Shown here: in pieces, positions 24,047-33,800 of the stretch
How the letters are laid out: every line of letters starts with the position of its first letter
How positions within the stretch are numbered: the stretch's first letter is position 1
IMG/VR virus record: IMGVR_UViG_3300018757_000030
Length of the DNA stretch: 64,000 nucleotides
From: a virus
Reading direction: 5' to 3' (one strand)
Position numbers and translations under genes: made by a program
The notes under the pieces: model-generated
What the model was told of the DNA's origin: nothing
Database searches by the model: none
Seen by the model: the letters and a program-made list of their open reading frames with translations, nothing else

Positions 24047-24461
24047 CCTTCGCCTTCACCTCCTCGCCGCTCTTTTCGTTAAACACCTCAATGGCCTTTC
24101 TCAGAATCTTAGGAACCGGCACGCCCATTCGACCGACATTCTCTATGATCGAAAGAAGTTCATTCGCCAAATAAAAAAAGACCACAGCACTCTGAAAATA
24201 CTGTTGGCCTCCTAAGATGATGTCGATGAAATGAGATACTGCTACCAGTGCAAATATCGCAACTTTTCGGGCGATCCCGTGATACCCTTTCCTGCTCTTA
24301 AGTTCTCCGTTGATCCATGCTGCTCCCCATCCAGTTAACCAGTCGAGGACGACAAGCCATAGAAGCAAATTCATAAACATGTCCCATCCTCCAAACATGT
24401 ATCCCATCAGCGCCCCCGTTGCTGTGGATATGGTTTTAATTACAGTAGACCAATCCCCCAT
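23991..24461 (-). CDS. Holin (TcdE / phage_holin_4 type)
   Basis: DWLTG..A..GEL.SRKG..GIARK, FFYLANELLSIIENVGRMGVPVP. Confidence 0.92.
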   Translation of the reverse strand: MGDWSTVIKTISTATGALMGYMFGGWDMFMNLLLWLVVLDWLTGWGAAWINGELKSRKGYHGIARKVAIFALVAVSHFIDIILGGQQYFQSAVVFFYLANELLSIIENVGRMGVPVPKILRKAIEVFNEKSGEEVKAKDETGGSEGQTTDSQDKAI

Positions 24462-24502
24462 GACCCTACTCCTCCATTCTCTCTATATAGACCAACAAGC
24501 GG

Positions 24503-24682
24503 CTAACCACCTCCTTTGTTGTTCTTTAGTTCCTCCAAACGCTTTTCTATCGAAACTTTGATTGTTTCAAGGTATTTCGCCTCTTGGCCTTGATGGTACG
24601 CACCTACTGCTGATATAACCTCGCATACATCTTGAACGGTTGGATACATCTCGATCATTAATTTGTTACGGACAATAGCCAC
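24503..24682 (-). CDS. Small conserved protein (59 aa, not in ORF track)
   Basis: SD gaggtg, GTG start; MAIVRNKLMIEMYPTVQDVCEVISAVGAYHQGQE. Confidence 0.65.
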   Translation of the reverse strand: MAIVRNKLMIEMYPTVQDVCEVISAVGAYHQGQEAKYLETIKVSIEKRLEELKNNKGGG

Positions 24683-24700
24683 ATGATCACCTCTTTAGAC

Positions 24701-24731
24701 AAAATAAAAAGCCCTACCGTTTGGCAGGACT
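24701..24731 (-). terminator. Intrinsic terminator closing the moron
   Basis: GTCCTGCC-AAAC-GGTAGGGC-TTTTTATTTT. Confidence 0.7.
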
Positions 24732-24738
24732 TCGAGAT

Positions 24739-25275
24739 TTATTCGAATGCTTTTAGTGCTTCGTTAATACTATTTAGTTTCAATGTGTTCTGATCAACCT
24801 TTTCTCTAAGGCTCTTCAATCCATCTTCCCACACCTGTTTAACCACACCAGTTTGTTCACTCATGGATTCGGACTTTGCTTCTTCTTTCTCAATGCTGCT
24901 TTTTAAATGCTCCAATAAATCAGCAATCTTTTTCTGTTCGTTCAGTAAGTCATATTTCGTGTAGTATTTACCATCCAACAGAACGACTTGGTTATTAACA
25001 GGGGTTTCCTCAGCCGTAACCATGATTGTTTTTCCTTCCACCTTTATATCAGCTCCTAAGGACTCAGTCAACGCTCTAACCGGAACGTTAGCCCGACCAT
25101 CAATGATTGCTCCTTTGTCGGAGAGTGTTTCGCCATTTACGATAACGGTATACTCACCAGTAACCTTTTTGCCGATCATAGAATTTATCTGAGCATACAC
25201 ATCTTGTCCGAACGCTGCTACAGAAACACCGAGTACAAATGCAACAACTAAACCGAGCAACTTTTTCGTTTTCAT
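24739..25275 (-). CDS. Secreted protein with Cu-amine-oxidase-N (stalk)-like domain; moron
   Basis: Signal peptide MKTKKLLGLVVAFVLG..A; VIVNG..GAIIDGRANVPVRALTESLGADI; own promoter and terminator. Confidence 0.8.
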   Translation of the reverse strand: MKTKKLLGLVVAFVLGVSVAAFGQDVYAQINSMIGKKVTGEYTVIVNGETLSDKGAIIDGRANVPVRALTESLGADIKVEGKTIMVTAEETPVNNQVVLLDGKYYTKYDLLNEQKKIADLLEHLKSSIEKEEAKSESMSEQTGVVKQVWEDGLKSLREKVDQNTLKLNSINEALKAFE

Positions 25276-25308
25276 GAATTTCCCTCCTCCGTAAGTTCTA
25301 ATACAGTT

Positions 25309-25336
25309 AATATAACACTACGGAGGAACACGGCAA
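25309..25336 (-). promoter_or_regulatory. Moron promoter inside an RBS-occluding inverted repeat
   Basis: TTGCCG-N16-TATATT with TG extension; IR TCCTCCGTA (25285-25293) / TACGGAGGA (25319-25327). Confidence 0.65.
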
Positions 25337-25346
25337 ATGTTTCATA

Positions 25347-26822
25347 TTACAACCCGATAACAGTTGCTTGGCTGAAGTCAACCGTGCCTTGGAATATGGT
25401 TGAACCGTTCAGGGCCCGCATGAATAGGTCGTTAACCCCTATGACATGCAACTGGTTGCCGGAAGCGTATATTAGCCCCTCTGATTGGCTCGATGAATTG
25501 TAATAAGTATGACCAGAGATGTTGGCCTGTGGATTTGTCCCGAGTGTAACCCTCAGCGCATTGAAGGAATCAAAGAATTCGAATCCGTATGGATCAAGTA
25601 CAATCCTTTCACCTGTTGCTGCTGTCCTGATCGTACTACCAAGGATATCAGCGCCCTCAATGTAAGAACCGTATATATCTCCGCCAGTAATGGTTGAAGC
25701 TGTTATATCTCCGCTGAATTCGGCTCCTACGGCCTTCATATGGCCTGTTTCGTCAACGCTGAAGTCATTACCTATCTGGATACTACCACCGATGAATTGA
25801 CCGGCTCTAACGACTCCTGTGAATTCGTATTCCTGATTTATTGGGTCAAAGTACAGTGAGTCGGTGTAGCTTCCGTTACCATTCCCTTTTTGCATTCGGA
25901 ATTCATCAGCATTCCAGATTGAACGGGCCATCTTATCATAGCGTTCAATCACTATTCCCTCATCCGGTCCAATTTTAACACCGTACATCCATTTATCCTT
26001 GCCGACTGTCGTTGTCTGGATCCGGTAAATGGTGTCTTGGATACCTTCGATGTAGTTTGCGATTTTTACTTTGCTGTTGATCCGGCGCTTTGGCGAGTAG
26101 GAATACTCAATAATCCGCTGCTGTTCGTTTATACCAAGCTCTTCGTCAATGATGTCCACGACATCCCCAAGCTCGAAGTATTCCAAGCCTTCGAATTCGG
26201 GCAGTGTGTTCAATTCCACCACATCGATTTCATATGCCGTTTGTACCTCGCCTGTTTGCCCGTTAACGTCCTTGATGATGCCTCTGAGGTTCTTCCCTAA
26301 CCGGAACTGTACGCCGCGATCCTGGCCCCTCTTATTAAGTAAGGAAACCACGTATTGATCAAAGAACAGTTCACAACCTGATTGAGCAGCGATCTCCATC
26401 AAGACACCACGCGCATTTACACCTTCTTTGAGTTCAATGCTAATGTATCCGGTTGGCTGCACTGAACCAACTTCAAACCGAGTGCCATCAAGCGCTAATT
26501 GTAGAAGTTGCTGTGGTGTTCCAGAATGAATAAACCCACCTTCGAACAAATGAAAAAGCAGGTCATAAGCGACCTGCTCACATTCAACTGCTATAGCCAC
26601 ATTATTATTTTCCGATCGTGTTCTTCGGTGTTTTACGATATTGAAGTATTGTCCTTCAACCTCAGCGATATTTCCCACTTGGATGTATTGACTCTTTTCT
26701 TCATCGAGCACAACCGTGAATTTGAGCGTATACGCCCCGTTTATTTGTTCACTTACTTCGTCATCTAGGTAATCCTCTAAGATAGCTAGAGGTTGATGTG
26801 ATTGGCTTAGGATGGTTATCAA
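25347..26822 (-). CDS. Tal / baseplate hub protein (prophage endopeptidase-tail family)
   Basis: EQINGAYTLKF, CEQVAYDL, LRLG-like QFRLGKNLRGI, LGDVVDIIDEELGIN..QRI; TTG start after SD ggaggtg. Confidence 0.85.
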   Translation of the reverse strand: MITILSQSHQPLAILEDYLDDEVSEQINGAYTLKFTVVLDEEKSQYIQVGNIAEVEGQYFNIVKHRRTRSENNNVAIAVECEQVAYDLLFHLFEGGFIHSGTPQQLLQLALDGTRFEVGSVQPTGYISIELKEGVNARGVLMEIAAQSGCELFFDQYVVSLLNKRGQDRGVQFRLGKNLRGIIKDVNGQTGEVQTAYEIDVVELNTLPEFEGLEYFELGDVVDIIDEELGINEQQRIIEYSYSPKRRINSKVKIANYIEGIQDTIYRIQTTTVGKDKWMYGVKIGPDEGIVIERYDKMARSIWNADEFRMQKGNGNGSYTDSLYFDPINQEYEFTGVVRAGQFIGGSIQIGNDFSVDETGHMKAVGAEFSGDITASTITGGDIYGSYIEGADILGSTIRTAATGERIVLDPYGFEFFDSFNALRVTLGTNPQANISGHTYYNSSSQSEGLIYASGNQLHVIGVNDLFMRALNGSTIFQGTVDFSQATVIGL

Positions 26823-26858
26823 GGTATCACCTCCGGGAAAATCCAAGTCGAATGAATA

Positions 26859-28253
26859 TTAATAGTATCGACTGTATATCAGACCAATTGACATCAAATT
26901 AAAAACAATCATTAACAGTCCGGCTGAATAGTAAATGTAACTCTTAAATCTTTCGTTAAAAATGTATCTAAACCCATACAGAATAATCAAATTCAAAGGA
27001 ACTAAAGAAGTTAAAATATATCTGCCTTGAAGCATGAAGTTGTGATATTCATTGAAATATACAACCTCTACCGCATAGAGAAATGCTAGGTTGCCAATCA
27101 CAAATATTAAGCTGAATAAAACATATTTGTAATCCTCTTTCTTTTTGATTACTCCGTAGATAGAGCCTATAATCCCCATTATCACAATTAAAGCGATAAT
27201 CGTATAGATTAAATCCGAACTAAATTTTGTATCCAACCAACCAAATTTTGCCCAATACATCCTTACCCAAACATCAAAAAATCTTTCTCTCCCTGCTTCG
27301 TTGAACATAGCATTTTGGAAATACCAAGTCAGACCATGTGTCGGATCTCCTTCGGGCTGAAAAGCAACACCACCAGTGAATGAACCGTAGTGAATATAAC
27401 TAAAGATCATCCATGGTAGGTACACTAGAAACATCGGAACAGCAACAAAAGCGGCAGATTTCAACGCATACGCCCATCCGTATTTTTTGATAAATACAAT
27501 AAGGGCTATCAAGAGTATAATCCCACAAACATAGACCATGTGAGCTTTTGTAATTAAACCAAGTCCCGCTAGTATTCCACCTATGATAAGAGTAACTTTT
27601 TTACTTTCCGCAGTAACAATGTATAACAACCAAAACAAGAGCGCGACGGTTACAACATCCATCATAATATCATTGTTAACAGCTGCCCCGATCATAGAAA
27701 ACATTGGCTGCATACCCGTCATAATGGCAAGTGTTATGGCTAGGGCATTTGTTTTAGGTTCGATTTTTTTCCCAATTAAATATGCCAATGCAACAGCTAT
27801 CAAACTAAGAATCACTGATAAAATTCTCACAGCATATAATCGAAAAAAAATTGAAGCCTCATAGCCTATTTTATATACAAGTGAAGCGAAAAAATAATAT
27901 CCAGGGGGATATCCAGCAGCAAGATTACTTCCTGAGGCAACACGCATTTCGGGATTGCTGTTTTCTGGAGTATAAAGCAAGTCGTATATATCTTGATTAA
28001 TGCTGTACTTCACCTCTGGTTTAAAGACTATATCGTTCATCTTAACCGCCATCGTTAGTAAGTTTAGTTCATGGGAGTAAGATTGATCCGTAGCCTGTAT
28101 TGGAACTTTGTTTTCTTCACCCATGTACTGTACATAAGCGAAATGGACATGTTCATCCGGATTTTGCAAAGGTGGTATCGCATAAACCCAAGCTACACCT
28201 TTGACCAACATCACAATTAGAATTACCCACAGTGATAAATTTCTTCTAAACAA
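26859..28253 (-). CDS. Multi-pass GT-C glycosyltransferase-like membrane protein; moron
   Basis: PLQNPDEHVHF loop after TM1, about 11 TM helices, VNND, GLITK, QGRY; AT-rich. Confidence 0.8.
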   Translation of the reverse strand: MFRRNLSLWVILIVMLVKGVAWVYAIPPLQNPDEHVHFAYVQYMGEENKVPIQATDQSYSHELNLLTMAVKMNDIVFKPEVKYSINQDIYDLLYTPENSNPEMRVASGSNLAAGYPPGYYFFASLVYKIGYEASIFFRLYAVRILSVILSLIAVALAYLIGKKIEPKTNALAITLAIMTGMQPMFSMIGAAVNNDIMMDVVTVALLFWLLYIVTAESKKVTLIIGGILAGLGLITKAHMVYVCGIILLIALIVFIKKYGWAYALKSAAFVAVPMFLVYLPWMIFSYIHYGSFTGGVAFQPEGDPTHGLTWYFQNAMFNEAGRERFFDVWVRMYWAKFGWLDTKFSSDLIYTIIALIVIMGIIGSIYGVIKKKEDYKYVLFSLIFVIGNLAFLYAVEVVYFNEYHNFMLQGRYILTSLVPLNLIILYGFRYIFNERFKSYIYYSAGLLMIVFNLMSIGLIYSRYY

Positions 28254-28283
28254 GTAACTCCTCTCCTTCCGATCACCACCCCA

Positions 28284-28312
28284 ATGTTACATGATTTTGC
28301 CAACCGTAACAA
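28284..28312 (-). promoter_or_regulatory. Putative own promoter of the GT-C gene
   Basis: TTGTTA-N17-TAACAT, then SD ggaaggag before TTG. Confidence 0.5.
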
Positions 28313-28326
28313 TCAATATTCTCTTC

Positions 28327-30018
28327 TCACTGAACAAGTAAGATTGTAAACCTCGTTGGGATTCCAGAAAATGAAGTTCCGTTACGCTTTACCAATTTAA
28401 AAACTGCATTGGTTGTGGTACTGGCATCATAATCATAAAAACCAATGATGTCTTCATCCGATGATGCGGAAGTGCAGAATCCTGCAACAGGAACAATGTC
28501 AAAACGTCCGGATGGCAACGGCACACCAAGATTAAATGATGAACCTGTCGGTGTAGCCACCATTGTGACCGAATACCGTGGGGTGTTAATAACAGTCCCT
28601 GTTCCTTGATCCAGCATATTTGTTTGGTTTAATCGTAGGATATTTCCATCAACGTTTGTCCCTGTTGTTCCTGGTGTTATCCAGATACCCGTTTCTCTTT
28701 CTTGAATAAGGTTGTCGTTAATAATACAATTATTGCTGTTGGACAGAACAATACCATTTGCGCTTCCTTGTCCGATGTTTACCATCATTGTATTATTTAC
28801 GAGTTTACTACTGTCACAATATTCAAGATTTATATCAGAACCTCCAGTGTAATCATCTTGTTTGTAGAATAAAGTATGTGAGATGTTTATTTGTGGTTGG
28901 TACCTTGCTACCACACCAGTAACACGGTAATTAAAGTGACAGTTTGTAATCGATGCATATACTCCTTGTTGAGATGATGCTGTTCGGTTTATCACAACAG
29001 CATACTTAACATTGATTGCCATGCAATCATCAATAATTAAGCCTTCTCCTAACCCTTCTTTACTAAAAGCAATTGTGGCTGTATATACTTTTACGTTTTG
29101 CAATAGGACATCTGTGGTGGAACCTGTGATTTCAACACCAGTTGCATCAAGCGTTAAGTCATCGCCTGTCCTAACGATTACGTCTCTAACGACCGATACA
29201 GCACAATTATTCAATTGCAGTGAGGTTTTCCATCTATAAGACGTTGTTTGTGATGTGTTGCTGCCGTCATTGTACGCAGCGACTGATTCAGCCCCTGCAA
29301 AAGTAACATTCTCGATTAACACATTTCTCCAAGCACTACCTGTGTTTGTTGGGAACGAAATTGATGCACCGACATATTGTGTTTCGTCCATAGTAATGAT
29401 GCTTACATTCTTTATAGCTATCATATGAGAAAATGGATTATCTGAGGTGAACACAATCCCATTACAACCCGAGAAGAACAACTGAGTAGATTGCATATCA
29501 TTTCCCATGATTACAATGCTAGTATTTTTAATTTGTAATACTTGGGTACAGTAGTATTTTTCATCAGGTAAAAGTAGCGCACCTCCCCCTTGAAGTTCTA
29601 ACGCAGCAATCGCCTCAAGAATCGCTGATGAGTCGTCTACAATCCCCCCACCAACGGCTCCATAATCCTTTACGTTTACAATTCTCAAGTTTTTATGTCT
29701 TAGATCAGTTGCATCTACTCGATCCTTTAGAGTTGCATACGTAATATCATATGGTGTTGAATACCGAGCCGCAGTTGCTTCGGGGCCCGAATCTCCAGAA
29801 ATAATAGCTTGGTCCAGAGTTGTTTTTACGGCATCAATGGCGCTTTTCACATCGTTTACCGGCATCTGGCCTTCATAAGAGATGTCTTCTGCTTTGTGAG
29901 CCGCCGTTGAGTTAATGTGACCAGTCAGCTCAGTATTGAGGTTCTGAAAGTTTTGATTGATCTTCGGGTTACTGTCTCTCAGTTTCTCTTTCGGTGGGAT
30001 GTTCTGGATATTTGCCAA
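28327..30018 (-). CDS. Receptor-binding tailspike/fibre with pectate-lyase-like beta-helix
   Basis: N-terminal anchor KINQNF..GH..AHKAEDI, GPEATAAR..TLKDR; VNVKDYGAVGGG.DD..AI; Asn-rich parallel beta-helix repeats. Confidence 0.82.
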   Translation of the reverse strand: MANIQNIPPKEKLRDSNPKINQNFQNLNTELTGHINSTAAHKAEDISYEGQMPVNDVKSAIDAVKTTLDQAIISGDSGPEATAARYSTPYDITYATLKDRVDATDLRHKNLRIVNVKDYGAVGGGIVDDSSAILEAIAALELQGGGALLLPDEKYYCTQVLQIKNTSIVIMGNDMQSTQLFFSGCNGIVFTSDNPFSHMIAIKNVSIITMDETQYVGASISFPTNTGSAWRNVLIENVTFAGAESVAAYNDGSNTSQTTSYRWKTSLQLNNCAVSVVRDVIVRTGDDLTLDATGVEITGSTTDVLLQNVKVYTATIAFSKEGLGEGLIIDDCMAINVKYAVVINRTASSQQGVYASITNCHFNYRVTGVVARYQPQINISHTLFYKQDDYTGGSDINLEYCDSSKLVNNTMMVNIGQGSANGIVLSNSNNCIINDNLIQERETGIWITPGTTGTNVDGNILRLNQTNMLDQGTGTVINTPRYSVTMVATPTGSSFNLGVPLPSGRFDIVPVAGFCTSASSDEDIIGFYDYDASTTTNAVFKLVKRNGTSFSGIPTRFTILLVQ

Positions 30019-30032
30019 TATGCTCGCCTCCT

Positions 30033-30845
30033 TTAGGCTGCGTACTTAAAGTTAAAATTGACGTTCATTGTTATGTTCAGTCTGGATCCACCGACTACGA
30101 TATTAGATATCCCAGGCGGAAGCTTCCCAAATTGAGCATTGGTGTTTTGTAGGACGTTTTGTGTTCCGATCTTGGCGGTCTTCCGTTTGAAGTCGAGCAC
30201 CAACGTGCCAGACATCGAAGTGTTATATGTGAAAACAACTCCCCCCACTGTTAAGGATAGTGAAGAGAAGCTGCCGGTAATTTCAATGATTGGTTCGGCA
30301 TTAAGAGTGCCTAGATTATTAATCTCTACCGTCCCCGGATCTCTGAAATCAAAGGAATAACCATCGTCCCAAGCAAAGTCATCCTCCCACGTATAATCTG
30401 TATCCCAGGTAAGCAAGTCTGAGGTTGAATCTTTACTGTAGGCCCATGGATCATAGGCAATAAATGGGAGAGTGAACGTTCCAAGACCGCTGACACGGTC
30501 GATCGGAAGGTCGCCGGAATATCTAACCATGTACTGTTTAGTTGGATCGTTCGAGAAGACAACCGGCATGGTTCTTGGCCTTCCATCGGGCCCCAATAAA
30601 AAAGCAGCGAACGCGGAAACACGTTGCTGCAATTCCATTGAGTTTTTGGCTACAAAGGCACATTCAAGGTCGAATTGCCTTGGTCCCATGGTCGCACCGA
30701 AATCATAGGCTCCGTGCATTCCTGGGACTGTGACTATGGTATCAACAGTAGAGGAGAGGATAGGGCGCTGGCTCCCCCTGAACACGCCCATGCCTAACTC
30801 CTTTGGTGCTTTACCATCTAAAGTTAATACTGCGTATCGGCTCAA
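30033..30845 (-). CDS. Distal tail protein (Dit)
   Basis: TVPGMHGAY, DPTKQYMVRY, GTFTLPFIAYDPWAYS, INNLGT.NAEPII; follows the TMP. Confidence 0.88.
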   Translation of the reverse strand: MSRYAVLTLDGKAPKELGMGVFRGSQRPILSSTVDTIVTVPGMHGAYDFGATMGPRQFDLECAFVAKNSMELQQRVSAFAAFLLGPDGRPRTMPVVFSNDPTKQYMVRYSGDLPIDRVSGLGTFTLPFIAYDPWAYSKDSTSDLLTWDTDYTWEDDFAWDDGYSFDFRDPGTVEINNLGTLNAEPIIEITGSFSSLSLTVGGVVFTYNTSMSGTLVLDFKRKTAKIGTQNVLQNTNAQFGKLPPGISNIVVGGSRLNITMNVNFNFKYAA

Positions 30846-33800
30846 GCCGGCGCACCTCCTAATCCTCTTGTGTTCCCCGTTGTGAGGCTTCCAATTTGTT
30901 GTGCGAGCTTGCGTATGTCGTTATCCTCTCGAATGTGAATGTTGGCTCCTGCAAACAACCCATACATGTTTACGTTGTGGTTCGTAGCCGCTTGTTGAGC
31001 GGCAGCTCCCGAGGTTGAGACTGCAACCTTTGCTGCATCCGTTGCCATGGCGTTTGCCACAGCACCTGAGAGGTTTTTGGCTGACTTAACAGCAAGCCCT
31101 TGGGCATTCTCTATACCAACTGCAAGCCCCTCAGAAACAAACTCACCAAGCCCCATAGTAACTCGGGATGGCGACTTGATTTTAAGTGTGTTCTTGATTG
31201 TGTTTGAAATGCTCTTAGACAGCTGAGATACTTTGTTTTTGAGCGGTCCGGCCATTTCGTCAATCCCTGACATCAAACCGTTGATGATTTCCCGTCCGAT
31301 TTCCGGCATGGATGCTGTCATGGCGTTAAACTCATTTTTGGTGCCGGATCTGATTTTCTTAACGCGATCCGTAAATTCTTTTTGCAACACATCCAACTCA
31401 GCAGCAGCCTTAACATTCAGGTCTTTGATTTGCAGGAGTGTATCAACCCGAAGGCCTTCCAATTCTCTAACTGCTTGAGTGCGTGCCATTTGGTTCTTGG
31501 TACGCCAGAGATTTTGGTACTCCGTCAGTTCCGCATCCGTCAGAGAGTTGAGTACCATAATCTCAGCCGCAGCCTTAGGCCCCATTTCTCTAAGTTCAGA
31601 CATCAGGCCATCATCCAGGCCGCGCTTACCCAAGAGATTAAGTGTCTCTGACCACTCGGTTATGGTCTCTACTTGACCCTTGAGGTTTTCAACAAGTTGC
31701 TGCCCTGATACTTCAGCCTTCTGCGCAACCTCGTCAAACAAGCCAGCAAAGCTATAAATGGATTTAGCGCGATTCTCAACAGCCTGTTCATACACTTCGT
31801 TCAGCCGTTGTTCTTCCGCAGCTACATTCTCGTTTACTTGCTTTACCTTGGCTAAGTAGTCGTCTGATGCAGCCTTGAGCTCAGTGTAGATGGTTTGTCG
31901 TACCCTCATTACTTGCTTCTCGGCTTCGGCCCGTTCAGCACTGCCTTCCTTTTGACGAGCCGTCAGACGTTCCCAAGCAGCCAACTCTTCGGCAAGGGAT
32001 AATTTATTGAGTTCTTTCTTGCTTTCGATCCATGTTTTCGACTGGTCGAATGCCTTCTTCTCAGCTTCTTGCTCGGCCTTGATAAGCTCTTGTTTAATCC
32101 GGTAAACTTCCCGGTCGGCTTGCTTACGCTGTTCTGTGCCAGCTTTGTACTTCTGCGAAATCTTCTGCCAAACTTTCAGCTCTTGCTCCAGCGATAATTC
32201 GTTGTAGTATTTGCGATCATCTATCCATTTTTTACTGGCATCGAACGCAGCTTTCGCCAATTCTTCGGCGGACTTTTTGACAGACTTCTTTTTGTTCTTG
32301 AGCCCCACAGACAACCCTTCGCCCGTTTCCTCGCCTAACTTTTTGGTGACCTTAGACGGCGAATTGATCTGAAGGGTCTTTCTTATTCCATCACTGGTGC
32401 CTTTAGCAACATCTTCAGCGGCTTTTATAGCCTCTTTTCCTGAATCTGCAATACCGATAGCCAGACCTTCAGAAATATACTCACCATATCCCATCATGAG
32501 ACGAGAAGGGGATTTGATGTTGAAGAAGTCCCGGATTGCCTTACCGATTTTGGAGGATATGTTAATAGCCTCTTGGTACAATTCCTGTGTTTTACTCTTG
32601 ATCCCGTTTTTAAGGCCATTCATGATGTCCGCGCCGATCTTCTTCAAGTCGATGTTTTTAAAGAAGTTCACGATGTCATTCCACTTGTTGACTACACTCG
32701 TCTTGATTTCTTCCGTCTTGTTGTTTATGGTTTTGAACAAGTCTCCGAAAATGTTGGCTGCCCATTGCTTTAACTGCTGCCATTTTTCCTTGACTTTGTT
32801 TACGAATGTTTGCCACTTCGTGAGGATGTTTCCTGTCTCCCAATCGACTTGGTTCACATGCTCCCCGGCCTGGGCCTTGGCTTCTTTCAGAACATCATTA
32901 TGCATGCTCTGTGCATGTTTTACAGCGCCGTCCCTTTGTTTCTTGGCTTCAGCAATGAGTTTGTCAGCTTGTTCTTTTGTGATACTTCCGACTTCGTCAC
33001 GCTGGCGTATGATCTCCTTAACGACATCGTTATACTGTTCTTCTGCCGCTTTAATCGTTTCATCACGCTGCTTGACGCTGTTCTTCACAACTTCAGCCGC
33101 TTGTCTTGCAGAGAGAGCACTAGCATTTTGACGCATGCGTTCAAGAATGGCTTTTTGTTCGAGCTCGTTTTCTGACATGTGCTTGATGCCGGTTTTAACC
33201 ATTTCCTGCTGGATCTTATTGATCTCATTCCGCTCGGCATCGGTGATTGCCCGTTTTTCAGCCTTGGCCGTTTCCATGATCTCTTTAATTCGAGCTTGGC
33301 CTTCTTGAATCGCTGTGGTTTGCGCCGTTTGATACTCTTTCATTTTAGCGAGCGCTGCTTGTTCCTCTTGCTCAGTCAATACAGAAGTTGACGTGTAGAA
33401 GTTAGTCATTTCTTGGAGTTGTGCGGCGTGATCTTCTTTCATCGCCGTTAATACCTGATCGCCCATCTGAGAGAACGTTGTGATTATGCTCTGCGCGGTT
33501 TGAGCCGTGACTGTTTGACCAGACCACTGCAATTGATTCAATGCCATAGTCGCTTGGTCATTGAGGTCAAGGAAACCTCCTACAGCCTTCTGTGTAGACG
33601 CAGACACTTCCTTGCCGAACCGCTGTATTTCCGGTATTGACTCTTTGTTCAGGTGGTTATAGAGAGCCACACCACCGGCAACTAATCCGGCTATTCCTGC
33701 TGTAATCGCAAGGATCGGTCCTAATGCCGGGGCCAACATTGCGAACCCTGCTGCTATCTGAGGCAAGAATCCGATAAGAAGGGTGATTGGGCCAATGATT

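Noticed and set aside
25347-30018. Diversity-generating retroelement acting on the tail genes
   Set aside because: No reverse transcriptase gene and no TR/VR repeat pair seen.
32397-33175. 244-aa and 121-aa + strand ORFs inside the tape measure gene
   Set aside because: Antisense shadows of a codon-biased, stop-poor gene.
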